From positions 1,674,001 through 1,738,000 of the forward strand of contig MU053304.1 of assembly GCA_013239625.1 (NCBI GenBank): a stretch of DNA of 64,000 nt, in the 5' to 3' direction. This DNA is from Lama guanicoe (lineage: Eukaryota). Positions 12,671-27,472 of this stretch are shown piece by piece. The position numbers and the translations under genes were made by a program. Below the pieces are notes generated by a model. That model was not told where the DNA came from, made no database searches, and saw only the letters and a list, made by a program, of their open reading frames with translations. Every line of letters begins with the position of its first letter. The stretch's first letter is position 1.

Positions 12671-15282
12671 CAAATCTGTTGAAATGAGTAACTTGGTACA
12701 GGGCTTCTCGAACTCTAGTAGATCCAATACTCTCACTTTACAATGTGTATCATATAATGTAAATATCTTTATTATGATGCCCCTCCTAAAGTATCTTGAC
12801 TTAAGCGTATAAAATGCCTGCCTACACAGTTGAGAAACATCAATATAAAGTATGAGCATTTTACAAAGGTAAAAATAAGTAAAAGGAAAACAATTTATAA
12901 CAAAATACCATTATCTCAGTAGGTAAATTCTTGGGTACGTTGACACAAGATGACACAGTTTTCAGATGCTTGCATCTGTATTTGAAGTTTTTGAATGTGA
13001 CAGCTGCAGTAACAGACTTAAGTCCCATAAGCAACATTTTCACTATAAACTTTTTCAAAATGATGCACGACTCTTTTTAAAGCTACAAAAAACAAATAAC
13101 AATCTTTTGTTGATTCCTATGCATTCCTGGAAAATTTAATATATTAAAAAACCATGCAAAACAAATCTAAGCTGAGAATTTATAAGTCTCTTTGCCCCTT
13201 ATGTCATTACCAGATTTTAAATATTTTCATAAGATCTTCAGATATTATCAAGGTTATTTGAAATATATGGGTCATGGGACAGTCCTCACTCTGTCTGACT
13301 GTTCTGTGTTATGTTACATCTTCTACTTATAGCCCTTACCTTCTAAATGCCAATAGCACCACTATTCCCCAACGTGTGTTTTCCAAATACTCCCTGGAGG
13401 AGGAACCACTATTTAAAAAACAGTGAAATACTGCTTTATAAGATAAATAAGGAGGTTTAAATTACATATTTATTTGGGCTAGCATTTCACTATAACTGAA
13501 CATAGTAACATTAGTCAAACTAATCAGCTTCTCTTTTGTAACTGAAAATAGAAACAGGTACATTTTATAGAGAACATTAGTGCATTTTTTGTTAAAAGTG
13601 GTCTAAATGAACTTTTCGCCTTAATTATTGAAAATCAGGGTCTTATTTACAACATGCATTTTATAGCATAAACAAAGCATTTAATTTTTTGGAAGACAAA
13701 CCTAATGTTTTTGTGTATATAAAATTTAGAAAAATAAAAATGTATGTCTGTTTATACCTACACAAATAAATATGGAGATATAAATAAGTACCAGATTGTT
13801 TATATTTGGTAATATGTTCATATATTTAAGTTGTAAGTAGGTCTGGCATAGATACTAATTTCAGACAAATTTCAAGATCATTAATACAAGGAGTTAACTA
13901 TTAGCTGCTTGTAACTAGCCACTTTCCTCATTTTGCTTAAGACTAGGATAAGAATGTGCTCTTTGATACAAGGTTTGATATCCTCTGGACTAAAGATGAT
14001 TTCTAATCCTTTGGAATACCAAGGATTTTACTAAAGAGCAATAAAAGTAAAGTATCAAGAAGGGACGCGCACTACAATTTGCCTAAAAGTCAGCAAGAAG
14101 CATATGAGACTTGCTTTCAAGTCAGTCTTGAAAGCACCTGACTCAAAACTGATTATGGTTGGTTCTGTTGGCATCGTGGGTTTCTTTAACGTGAGTTGGC
14201 CCACATAAGCTTGGTAAGCAGGGAAAATGATGTCAGTGTGATGTGGGAATAGTGTCGGTTCATGGGCAGTTTTCCCCAGTTTTCCCCATAGTGTTAATAT
14301 ATGAACTGAATTTGGGACAGACACTTCAATTAAAGAGAAAGGTTTGGTAATCTATGAAGGTCTTATGAAAAATTTGGAAATTTTGCAGAAATGATTTAAA
14401 GAAATCATTAGTGCAAAAAATAGCTAGTGCATTGGCTCCCAGAACCACCACACTTTGCACTGTTAAACACTCTCAGGAAGCTCAAAACCATTTAATTCTG
14501 TTTTTATAAAGAAAGAAAATGACAAAATTGTATTTTTTTGTTGAAGCTGGTCCTAAAAGAAAATGTTTTTTAAAATTTATACTTAAAGGAGAAAGTACAA
14601 ACATAAGACTCAAATGAGTGGAACGTGATTATTGGTACAGATGCTAGTGGAGGTTTAATCTTTTATTTTAATTGATGTTTTTGTTAGGACTTTCATTACA
14701 AAGTAACATAGATCTGAGTACTCTGTGTCCAGTAGTATTTTCATCATTAATCCAATTATTTTTAGTGGGTGATTTTACAGAGCATGAGTCTGTTTTTTGT
14801 TGTTGTTGCTTTTTTTTTAGGAACACCCATAGGGTGATACAGAAGCTCCTGAACATGTGTTTCCCCACATCCACACCCTTCTACTCACCCACCCAACTCT
14901 CCTTGAGCTATAATTCACTAAATGGGCTCATTCTAGTGTTACTTTACTGTGTTATTTGTGCAGATTTAATTATAGGGGGTATAAATTTTATGGGTCTTAA
15001 AGAGATTATGCTTTTTAATAAAAATTAATGTTGAGCAATGAGGTTTGATAAATGAGGGAGTTGGTAAAATGAATGAAGAAGAGGCATCAAGACTCATTTA
15101 GTGCCTAATGCTGTTACATTCTCATTGGCTCTTAATCGGGCATCATTATTTTATGGCTATTTACTTTACAGTATTCTGAACATTAATACTTTATAAATGG
15201 TCATAATAAAATAAAGTCCCACCTTGGGAGGTTCCATTTTGTTACTTACGATAACCATCTGGTTGCCTACTCCTCTTGTAAG

Positions 15283-15460
15283 CCAGAGGTTGGAAAACTA
15301 CGACCCATGGGCCAAATCCAGCCTGCTGCCTGCTTTTGTAAATAAAACTTTGGTTGGAAACTAGCAGTGCCCGTTTATTTATGTGCTGTTTATACCTGCT
15401 TTTGTGACACACAGTACCACCCATACAGCTAGAAATATTTACTGTCCTTTACAGAAAATG
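15283..15460. mobile_element. MER58-like hAT-Charlie MITE
   Basis: cagaggttggaaaactacgacccatgggccaaatccagcc..ttttgtaaataaaactt. Confidence 0.75.
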
Positions 15461-17938
15461 TATTAAGATTGTGCCACACAACAGGCAGAAGGACAGTAAT
15501 GATCAGTACTTTACAATGTTTAAAACTGTATTTTAACCAGGCCTCAGTGAGAATACCACACTTAGCAACAGTTTTAGGAAAGGGCAAATCAGATCAGTAT
15601 GAACATTGTTGGATTTAAGCCAGTTTTGTGAGCCTCACTTTCTAAGATAATCAATATTGTTTCCTCCCTCCCTTCGTTTCTCCTTATTTCCTTTTTTTAT
15701 TTGTAATTTGATATTGAGAGTTTACCTGCTAAATTCTTTAGTTCCTTGAAGGTGTTAGTAAGGACATGAAAGACATAAGAGTGGATGTGGGTAGATACAA
15801 GATTAGATATGTTTTAGGACCAGAGAACAGACTGTTTGGGTGAAGATCAGGACTTCTGCCTCCACAGCAGGCTTGACGTTAGGTTAATGTTGGTCAATTT
15901 CTGTTGCCAAAGAGACTTACTTAGAACTATATTGTGGCTTTTTTTTTTTTTAAGAGGATTGACATTTGAATACTTAACCTGCTTGAACGTTATCACAAAG
16001 TCGTCTATCTTTGAATGGATAAGGTTTTCTTTTAATATGATTTTAAATTTTCAAGGAATACAGCAAGGAATATTTTAAATTTTATAGTGAAATGAGTTAG
16101 AAATTGTGATTCAGTTAAAAATTAATTTATAGCAAACTTTACAAAAATAAGAATGTAGAGAACTTAAACGACATAGTATGTAAGTGTTGTTCCATGGATA
16201 GTAAATTGTGAACCTACACACAGAACATGATACCTTCCTTTTTAAAAACCAACTATGAATTGACTTGAAAATTTATTCATCTCATTTCTATTAAAATAAA
16301 AAAGTAGAACTATGTTACTAGACATGTAACAAAAACAAAAGCAACTCCTAGAAATTAAATCTCTTGAATAAAAACTCATGGGATAAAACAAAATTTCAGT
16401 CTGCAGTGTAAGAATATCTAGGAAAAATAAAAACTCAATCATAGTATATAAAAATCTTAACAAAGCTCAGCTTGGTTATACCCACAGAAAATGTATACCC
16501 TGAAAAAAAATTACTGAAGTGAAAACTAAGACACATGAAAGACTAAGCTATAGTTTTTTCAGTAGATCTATTTTAGTTAAGTCTTTAGAAAGTTCTATTC
16601 TGTTATGGATTAGACGTTTAAAAATGAAAATGAAATTGTGGACCCAGGAACTATACTTTCATTGCAAAGCTAATTTCATATCTTCTTTCAAGAATGCAGT
16701 ATTGAATTCTTCTGCAAAAATCGGAGAAAACAATAAAGATATTGCGACTAGAAACCTTAGATCATCTTTTTGGAGAGATGGTGGAAATATATGATAATAA
16801 CTGAATGGCATCCTTACGGATTCAGTTAGAGTTATATGAAGTTTTCAGTGACTTATTTCTAAATTCCTTTGAGATGTTTTCAGAATGAAAGCCTTTTAAA
16901 AAATTTAACCAAATAAACAGCTTTGGTAGTAATGAAACTTTGTTATTTTTATTAGAACGTGCTCTTTTATGTTACTTACATGAAGAATGGATGTTGGCCC
17001 TGAATTACATACTTTGCATCTGTTACATTAATATCTCACCTCTATAACACCAGCTTTCCGGGTATATATTCTTGCATGCTTTCTTTGCTCCTGTAAATCT
17101 CATGTAACCTTTGCCAGAGGTTAAAAATCTAACAACTGAAACCTGTTTCTACATGTCCCTCAAACTTGCTTTTAAAACAGTGCTGGCAAAATGATTTGAT
17201 TTTATAACTATAACCCAACCATGTATCAGTGGTGCATTTTTTTTAATGTGTTTGGAATATTATGTGGTAAATTCTTATCTCTCTTTCTTTAGGACTTGGC
17301 TTTTGGTGTACTTTCTATTCATTAGTGCTTTAAATTCTTAGCAAGTATCACCCTATTAATAGATTTCATATAAGTTCATTTACTGTTTAGTGCTTTTAAT
17401 GATTTACTCTGTAAAATCAGTTTGAGAATTGATTTTATCTGCTTCTGTTATTTCCTGTGCTAACTTGAATTATAATGTGTAAATTGGGAATCAGTATCAT
17501 TGTAGGGACCACAGATTGTCTTTTCTGTAAGCCTTTTAAGCCTTTAGAGTTACATTGTCTAATAAGAATAGTGTTTATATTTTAAGTCTGGATTTGCTTT
17601 TTGCAAAAATGCAGCATGTTTGAAATGTCTACAGTAAAATTGCTGAAAAATTTATTATTGCTTAAGCAACTATAACATTGCTTTACAGTTACAGCAACTG
17701 GTTATAAACAGCTCAACTCCTGGGTATTGAGGGGGCTGGTTCTAAGAGGTAATTTCCTTGGCCAGATTGTTTGATAGAATAATAATTTAATTATAGAAAT
17801 ATTTGGGGAAAGGGTAGGGTCAATAATGAAGGAGTGGGAGGCTTTTTTTTTTTTTTTAATGAAGAAGAATTTCACTTTCAGTGTTGTATTTGCATCTCGT
17901 TTTCCTGATAGATTTCTGTTTTGATTTTCTGCTGACAG

Positions 17939-18064
17939 GTCACATTTAGGGCAGGCAAAACATAAGGGATATAGCCCTCCTGAGAGTAGAAAATCTAATT
18001 CTAAGGCACCCAAAGTGCAGTCTAATACTACTTCTGAACTGTCAAGGGGACACCTTTCTAAAAG
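17939..18064 (+). CDS. TRIP12: 126-nt symmetric (phase 2-2) cassette exon; SHLGQAKHKGYSPPESRKSNSKAPKVQSNTTSELSRGHLSK(R)
   Basis: ctgacag|GT acceptor, AAAG|gtaaat donor, 42 codons open in frame; resembles the insert of long TRIP12 isoforms. Confidence 0.9.
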
Positions 18065-18854
18065 GTAAATCTTCACGTTGCTTATACATTTTTCAAGGCA
18101 GAATTACTTGCGTTTGAATTATTGTGTAATTTTGAAACTTACCAGGTTATCCCAAAATGTTATGATACCTATTTTCATTATTCTCTGGGTGTAGAATTTC
18201 AGGGTTAACAATTGCATAGTCTTCATAGTGACATCCATGCAGCATACCCTAGACAGTGCAGCCGTTCTCCTTGCTTAGAGAGCTGTTTCTCCTTTTGCTT
18301 AACAAACCATTATAGGCATCTGAAATGCCATTTTAAATTCATTTTTCTTAGTTTATTATTGTCAGAGCCACAGATCAGTGTTCTCTTAAGATCTAATTGG
18401 TGGGAATCTTTGGAGAGGACTGTAACTATAGATACTTGATACTACAGTATAAAACTTTCTAACCTTCATTTTGAAAGTGTATATGTTAATATTTATTTCA
18501 AGCTTTGACAAAGTGTTTGTGAATAGCCCCTCGATATTCTAGTTTCAACTGGTTCTGAACTGCTAAGTAAGCATTCTTTTTCTTGTAATCCTAATTCTTG
18601 TTTTGTGATTAGGCGAGTTAATGTCATTAATCTATAGGCAAAAGAAGTAACCTGATCTTCCACTGTTTTACCATCCAGAGTGTCACACCTGCTTCCCCCG
18701 CTGGCAATTTTGAACCATTTGAAAGCCTATGTTTATTTACTGCTGGACTTAACCAGGAAAACTTTTGCACTTAAAAAAAACAAAAACCTTATTTCCACAG
18801 ATTTGAGAAGTTATAAATAAGTATTATATGACAGATTTAATGATGGCAGGCTGA

Positions 18855-18861
18855 TACTAAC
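18855..18861 (+). promoter_or_regulatory. Consensus branch point TACTAAC (also a QKI-type ACUAAY motif) before the 803-nt exon
   Basis: Perfect TACTAAC, branch A at 18860, 25 nt upstream of exon start. Confidence 0.7.
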
Positions 18862-18876
18862 TCTCTTCTTATCTGA

Positions 18877-19725
<849 letters not shown>

Positions 19726-20687
19726 TAAGGAAATTTCTCTTGTCAAAGGGATCTGGTTTTCAGGGTAGTCAGGTTTTTATTTTTTTCAGTGTGTGGCAGT
19801 TTTGAATTTACTACTATACTTCTCTCTGTACATAGCAGTATATAATAATTGATATACCACATTTAATTTCATGGAGACAGATAAGGAGTGCTCCCACCTT
19901 ATTGTTAAATCATCATGATTTAGTTTCTGTATCTTTCTTTATCTCTGCAGCATTTGCTACTTAGTTCCTAATGTCAGAGTGGGGGCAGCAAGTTGGTTTT
20001 TCTTTAACCAGGTACAAAATGATTCTAGTCAAGAGTTGGTCGCGACCCACAATCGGAGATCAAATATTCTTTTTTGGTATTATACAGTCTTGATGTATGG
20101 AAACACTGAGTAAAGTTATTAGAATAAATCTACCCTAGTGTAAATTAAATTTTATTCACATGTAATATTTTATGGCCATAAAGGAGCTTAGCCTAAAGAT
20201 GAATACCTCTTATGTTCCAGAGCACTGGGCTCTGGGTCCCAGGTAAATGGGAAAGAATATTGCCTTCTTGAAGCTTATAGTGGGGTAGAAAGAACTAATG
20301 TTTGAGAATGAAACACCCAAGCAAAGAAACAAAATAGACAGCCATCTTTGATGCGCTTCTCTTCCTCTTTTTTCCAAAAAAAAACTTCTTCAGGAAGTCA
20401 CATGTTCATTTCGTTGGAACTGGTTACAAGCAGCAGTGACCATCTTTAATTACATGATTGCTGTAATGCTGATGTGTGTGTGTGTTTTCTATTTTGAGAA
20501 ATCTAAAAACCACAAATAAAATAATACAGCACTTATCTGTGATTTTTAAAACATTTAATTTTTCTAATATTTAACCAGGAATCTTGTTTCTGACCATCTG
20601 TTCTCCTTTTAAGTCTTCATAGAAAATTTCAGACCCGTGTTTTGATAGGGTTAGAACTTTTTTTGGTTATTAGAAGATTATGTATAG

Positions 20688-20846
20688 TGTCTACTAGTAT
20701 TCTTGTCAACGTTTAGCTAATACTAAAGCAGCCTAACCTAATGATGAATCAGAGCTGTTAGCTCTGTTTAGTTTAACCCTACAATCTATAAACTACTTTT
20801 AGTTGATTCAATGTTAGCTAAACTTTGACAAGAATACTAGTAGACA
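20688..20846. repeat. Inverted repeat, 33-bp arms with one mismatch, 93-nt spacer
   Basis: tgtctactagtattcttgtcaacgtttagctaa (20688-20720) vs ttagctaaactttgacaagaatactagtagaca (20814-20846). Confidence 0.95.
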
Positions 20847-22214
20847 TTAGTATAAAATTTTACACTTAACCTGTATGATAGGGTTATTGTGAAGGTAACA
20901 TCTTTTACTATTAGATTGTAGAATTTGTTCTGTTTGGTATTTTAAATATCCAGTACATCTGTATAAAATCTTTTGAATTTGAAGCTGCAGATACTGGATG
21001 AAGGTTAAGATTGATATCTTGAAGTCAAAAGAAATATAAGGCTGGGTAAAAAGGGACAGCTATTTGTCTGTTGGTCCTAACAAGGTTTTCTTGACAACTG
21101 GAGTTATCTCTGCTTTTTATACCTCTCCCTCGGTCTCCTTTTAAGTGAAGTAGAAGCTTGTGTGCATTGTGTTTGTGTGCTTGTGTGTCACCTTGTAGTA
21201 GCTGTGTGACCCCACAGCCATGAGCAGGTTGAGTTTGCAGCACATTCCATGGGAATCACTCCTCCCCTTCAAGTCTACCTCATTTGAAGAGCTCATGTCT
21301 TTCAACTTTTATTTCTAGGAGGGTCCAGGGACAGGTGAGAAAACTTTATTCTTGAGTGTTGCCTCCTCAGCTCTTCTCAGAAATCAGCTTTCTTTTCATA
21401 CAGTCTGTTAACGTGATCTTTACAAGAAAACCCAGCCCTACCAGAGGCTGATTGGCATGGATTCCTTGGTTGTGAGGTTGCTCTCAAACAGGAAGCACCA
21501 AGAGTTTTGCTGCTACCCCTGTGCCGCAGTGAAACCAGTCCAGATATGCTGTTAAACTCCTTGTGCACATGGTCACAAACTGACTTGGTAGTTTAAAACT
21601 CACTTTGGTTATTTTTCTCATTTTCACAAAGTCTGAGTGTGTTCTGTGATCGCTGTTAACACTTTTCCATTTTCATTGCTGCCACCCTAGTTCTAAGCTC
21701 TAATTATAGCCTAAGTTGTTGAAATAAGAGAAAGAAACCGGCATTTTTTCTAGCATCTAAAAAGTGCCAGGTGTTTTACCTATGCAGTCACATTTGATTT
21801 CCAAAAAAATTTGTGTTTGATGATAGTTATAAAGGCCATTTATTCCGAGGAGGTGAAATAACTTGCCTGAGTAACATGCCTCCTAAGTGACAGGATTTAA
21901 AGATGAGGGTGTGTGCAACTGTGAGGTTTTGTTTTCTTTACTGTGCCACTTGCTTTACCCATGTCAATTCTTTGTGTTTTACTTTCGCAACATATTTGGG
22001 TCATTAAGGATGTTAGGACCTCAGAGGAGATGAAGTTTTATTTGATCATTCTTTACTGGTATTGATTCGTCTTTAGGCACAAACACTGTGTGAACGCTGG
22101 GGTTCACGTCGTACCATTCACCGTGTATTTGCTTCTTTACAAATAAGTGAAAAACTTTTTGAAACAAAATTGTGGCAGATATTTACAGTGCTTGCAAAGT
22201 GCCTGATAACCTGT

Positions 22215-22390
22215 GAATAGTTGCCATGGATCATCTCATTTACTCCCCATGGGCCCTGTGTGGCAGGTGCTCTTATCCCCATCATACAGATAAGGAAACT
22301 CAGGGTCAGTGAGGTCAGGTTACTGGTCCAAGGTCACAGAACTAAGTGATAGAGCCAAGAGTCAAACGCAGGCCATGTGATTCCAGAAAT
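22215..22390 (-). mobile_element. MIR SINE
   Basis: ttatccccatcatacagataaggaaactcagggtcagtgaggtc..ccaaggtcacag. Confidence 0.75.
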
Positions 22391-22654
22391 TAGTTGTAAG
22401 AATAGGATGCAGAGGATTGAGCAGGTTGAGTGAGCTCAGTCTAGGAAGGCTTCCTGAAGTCACACAAGGCAGGTTGAATTTTAGTAGGCATGGTTAAGTG
22501 TGTCACTTCAGGAAAGAGTTTATGTAAGAAGCAGTGCTGCACTGTATCAGTTCTTGGTAATGTTATTTAAGAATGTAGAGGCAAAATGAGGGGTCTTAGA
22601 GGAATCTCTAGGTTTCAAGTACTGGACTTTTGGGGGGGTGGAGCTCTTAACATA

Positions 22655-22830
22655 GAGCTCAAAGTGCTAGATTTAAGTCCTAGTTCTGCCATTTTATCAG
22701 CTGGTGACTGTAGGAAAGGTGGCAACCTTTTCATTGTAAAATGGGCGTAATCACTATTTAAGGAATGAGAGAATATGTGAGGAGACTTAGCTTAGTGCTT
22801 GTAGTACATAGGGTGCACCACTAAGTGTAG
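22655..22830 (+). mobile_element. MIR SINE
   Basis: aagtcctagttctgccatttt..agctggtgac..tgtaaaatgggcgtaat. Confidence 0.6.
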
Positions 22831-23270
22831 GGTGCATAGCTGAAGTTGAGTATCTTAAGACAGAAAACATATTCCAAGCAGCATTTTGAGAATAAAGGAT
22901 TGTTACAAATCCTAGCCATTGATCAGTTTAAGGTGTAGCTTATCCTTAGATTTGGAAGACCTTGATAAAAAGTTCTGTTATCTCCTGATAGTTTTGTGAG
23001 GTTGGGCAAATCATTGAACTCTAGTCATGATAGCAGCCTAATCCCTAATCTTATTTGCAAAATGATAATACTCATTTTTGTGAAGCATAAATGAAAGAAT
23101 GTATAGGAAGACAACTTTGTAAAATTAGTACCATATAAACATAAAGTGGTGGATTGAGAGTTGTCATGTATTTGAAGGGCTTTTGTATGCATCAGGAATT
23201 AGTTTGATTTCTTTTAATAACATTAATCCAGGGGTAGAATTAGATTCAGTGGATAGAAGAGGTGGATTTC

Positions 23271-23417
23271 TTTTTTTTCTTTTTCTTTTTTTTTTGTGGA
23301 GGGAGGTAATTAGATATACTTGTTTATTTATTCTTAGAGGAAGTCCTGGGGATTGAACCCAGGACCTCCTGCATGTTAAGCATGTGCTCTGCCACTTGAG
23401 CTATCTACTTTCCCTGC
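23271..23417 (-). mobile_element. tRNA-derived SINE, camelid type (vic-1-like)
   Basis: Reverse strand has A box tagctcaagtgg, B box ggttcaatccc and A-rich tail; flanking near-direct repeat gtggatttc/gtagatttc. Confidence 0.8.
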
Positions 23418-26059
23418 AAAAAGTAGATTTCTGTTGAGTACATTTCAGGGGAAAGAAGTCTGTAAATTAACTAAAAAATGGAGTAGACCACTTTGGTATA
23501 GAAAGCATTGCAAATTGGATAGATTATTTGTTTTCTTCAACTTTTAGGAATCAGTGAACCTGTTAATTAGAAAGTGATATGTTTCTTCAGTTATAGACTC
23601 ATTCTAAGATATGATTGGTCAGGAAAGCTTCATGGTAAAGGATTTCCAAACTGTAGGAATAACGGTACTTACATGATGCTTTGTGAAAACCTATTTCTCT
23701 GTGGTCAGTTATTACTCAAGGAAATTCAGGATATGCTTTAACGTATTGAAAGCTGTGAGAATTCTTAAAGTAACTTCTGCTTAACACCCAATATTTGGTA
23801 AGTCTGTCTGACCACCTGTTACCTTGGGAGATAGCAGGGGTCTGTAGTACACACTCTGGGAAATGGTATATTTAGTCAGGATATGTAAGCAGGAAGACCT
23901 TTCCTGGTGTGCTGCTTCGGCAACTGTTGAACAAGTTTCTGGTGAGGAACTAGGGTTGGCAGGAGAACTAGAGAAACGGCTACTTTTGTGATGGGCTTCC
24001 TGAAGCCTTGTGGCTTGCCAGCTGTAACTGATCAAAATAGCTCTGGGACAGAGGTCACCATGTGTCAGTTGGTAGAAGTCTTGAGAATACCCCAGAAAGG
24101 ATAGTGTTATATGACAATTTTTAATCTGCTTCAGGGAATTTATTCTTGCTATGTGTTGTTTAACCTTAGTAAACAGACATTCTTACAAATTTATGTAGCA
24201 TAAATATAAAACCAGTGGGGCAATGTAATGATACAGATGATTTTAAAAAATATTTTACTGGTATTTTGATGTAATATTTAAAATATTTTTATAATTAGTT
24301 TGGCTTCAGAATATATTTTGCTAATCTGCCTTCTCTTTAAGCTAATTTTGAAATAATTTGACTATTTTGAAGTATGTACTGTCTTATTAATGATAGAAGG
24401 TGATGGTTGGCATAATCATATAAGAAACAGTTTGTGATCAAAATCTGGGATTAATTATGGAATTTATTTATAGAAAATTTTAAAGGTATCATATTTCTAG
24501 TCTGATATGTCTGTTTGTAGATCTAGTTTCCTCTCCATTATTTAAAGTGGACATCATGTGCTCATTATTAATAACATAGTCAGCAGTAGTTACCAGCTTA
24601 TTTCCATCTTGAGTTTCATACTCTTCTATGACTTGCATGCAGCCTGTAGCCATTATTAGAACTAGACAAGAACCAGGCAGATGCCGGATTCTGGAAAGGT
24701 AATTCTGCTAAGATTAGGACTCTCCATCAGTCTGAGACGTGCTGCTTTGTGCCTCTAGCAGGGAGGGCTGAAAAGAGAACAAGAGAAGCAGGACAGAAGA
24801 ATTTAAAAGTAAATTATTGGTTTCTTATAGAGCCATACCTGCCGAGTTTTAAAAAATTCAATTATCTTTTAGCCTGGTGAGGTATTGGGTAAGGAGATTA
24901 AAGGAAAAAGAATTGTGTGTTAAGAGTTTTCTATATTACAAGGCAGCTGTTAAAATAATTTGTTACTTTTTAGCTTTAATAGTTTGGTATGTAACCACAT
25001 ATTACCAATAGCAATTTGTCAACAATAATTTTTAACATTTTTGAGGCTTAAAAAATACATTAAGTTAAAAAAATGAGTTGCCAAATTAACAAAAAAAGGG
25101 AATATTAAATGGAAACAAATACTATTGGCCTCTTTAAGGCCTTGCTTTGTTTTTACACTGTGAATTTTAGACAACCATATGTAGTTTTGTATACCAGGTC
25201 AGAATAAGAATTAATTTAGGTAAATGACATTTTACTAAACTTACATAAAAGTTAAGTGAAAATTGCTCTTTCATATTCATGCCTCTGTATTCTGTAAAAT
25301 CTGATGCTTCTGATTTTAAAGTGTTGTTATTAAAAATGAAAAGTCCAGGAAATATCAAAATGTTCAGAAAAGGAAAAAAAGTTGCTTAATCCCATCCGTA
25401 AAGACTGCCACTTTCAAATTTCTGTATGTATCCTGCTAATTTTTTTCCCTCACATTAATCAGCACTTCTGCAGTTTAATGTCAAGTTATATAAGATTTAT
25501 TACTAAAAAATAGCAGTCTTCCTGCTACGTTGCCCTTCCCCAGCTGACCATCTTGGTATTTATTTCATTGACTCTAAATTATGTGCTTATGTGTCTGCTG
25601 AGTTTTTCTATTTTGAGCACTATTGCCTGCTCTTTATGGGAGATTTACTCCACCTCTTCACCCATCAAACACATACTGTACATACTTCCCGTTTTCTCAT
25701 TTCACTGTTCCATGTTTTATATGGGTATGTAAATGCTGTTAACACTGAGTCTGTGGGAACTTTTCTTACACATTTTTATTTTTTCTGACTTTAATAATTG
25801 TTTTCTATGACCGTATCACTCAACTCCAAACTCGTTACTAATTGTCTAAATTGTTTCTCAAGCTGATTATGTGAATTTGTTTCATTTTCCTGAAGAAATG
25901 AGGTCTCTGGATGGTTGTCCTTTTATGCTGGTTACATTGCTTTTAGCTACAGTATTTCTTCAGTGTTCTTTTCTGTTTAGTCTTCTGCTTCTAGGTCCCA
26001 CATCGTCTTTCTTGGTTTGCTGTTTCATTTTGGTGGAACATGTCTTCCACTTGCTTTCT

Positions 26060-26225
26060 TTTTGTTTTTTGTTTTGTTTTGTTTTTATTTTTAATTTTTT
26101 TTAGTAGACTTAATTTTTTTAGAGCAGTTTCAGGTTTACAGCAGAACTGAGCAGAAAATACAGAGTTCGCACATAGCCCTCCCCACCGACACATGTATTC
26201 TCCCCTACCCTCAACTTCCACTTGC
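26060..26225 (-). mobile_element. Old L1 (L1MB/MC-like) 3' end
   Basis: ttttagagcagttttcaggtttacagcagaactgagcagaaaatacagagttc. Confidence 0.7.
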
Positions 26226-26869
26226 TTTGTAAGAAAAAGTACTTAGGAGATTTTTTTTTAAGATTTGATTTGATTTGATTTGATTTTTATTTTATTATTA
26301 TTTTGGATTTTAAATACCACCTTGATACTTTTTTGACAGATTGTTTGAATACAGAGTTCTGGGTAGGAAATTATTATCAATCAGAATTTTAAAGAATTAC
26401 GTTATTTAGCTTTTAACACTGCAAGCATTCTCATTCTTGATCTGTTGTATATGTAACCCATTTTTTCTGGAAACCTGCAGATCTTTGTCTCCATTATTTA
26501 GAAATGTCATGATACAGCCATATCTATGTGTTTGTTCATTTCTTGTTAGGGTGACCAGTAGTCGTGCTTTCCCTTGAGTCTGGGGCATTCCCCAAGCCTT
26601 AGAACTACCAAAGTCTCATGCAGACCAGGACAGTTGGTTTCCTTATTTTCGTTTCTTTTCTCTTTCTGGATCTCTGATTTTGAGTTAATTGTCCTTTTGG
26701 AAGGTTCTGGTCTAACCTTTTGGTTTTGGTTTCCTTTTTTGTTCTACTTTCTGGCAGATTTCTGCAACAGCTTCTAACTATTTGCTATCTTGTTTTTATT
26801 TTCAAGAATTTATTTTGTTCTCTTTTTTTTTAAGGTTTCCTAGCCCACCTTCCGTCTTTCTCTCTCTTG

Positions 26870-27472
26870 TCTTTTTCTTTTCTTTTTTCTTTTTGCTCTT
26901 TTTCTGTTTCTTCCATTGAGGTACAGTTGACTTACATTATTGTGTTAGTTTCAGGTGTACAGCATAGTGATTCAGTATTTTTGCAGATTTTATTACATTA
27001 CAGGTTACTATAAGATATTGGATGTAATTCCCTTTACTATACAGCAAATCTTTGTTGCTTATCTATTTTATGTGTAGTAGTTTATACTTGTTAATACTGT
27101 ACCCCTGATTTGTCCCTCCTCTCCTCCTCTTTGGTAACCACAGTTTGTTTTCTATGTCTGTAAGCTTGTTTCTGTTTTGTATATAAATTTATTTGTACTG
27201 TTTTTTAGATTCCACGTATAAGTGATACCATGTTGTATTTGTCTTTGACGTATTTCACTAAGCATAATATTCTCTAGGTCCATCCACTTTACTGCAAATG
27301 ACAATAGTTCATTATATTTTTAGGGCTGAGTAATAATCTGTTGTATATATATGTGTTTGTGTGTATGTATGCACCCACTCCCCTACCCACATCTTTTAAT
27401 TCAATCATTTATTAAGGGCACTTGGATTGCTTCCATGTCTTGGCTATTGTAAATAGTCCTGCTATGAACATC
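26870..27472 (-). mobile_element. L1 3' end, artiodactyl/L1MA-like
   Basis: ttgaggtacagttgacttac..ttagtttcaggtgtacagcatagtgattcag..tagattccacgtataagtgata..ttccatgtcttggctattgtaaatag. Confidence 0.85.

Noticed and set aside
18686..18708. CTCF-like motif (cacctgcttcccccgctggc)
   Set aside because: Three mismatches in the core consensus
23340..23410. tRNA gene on the minus strand
   Set aside because: The A/B boxes belong to a tRNA-derived SINE with A-rich tail and TSD; no intact cloverleaf
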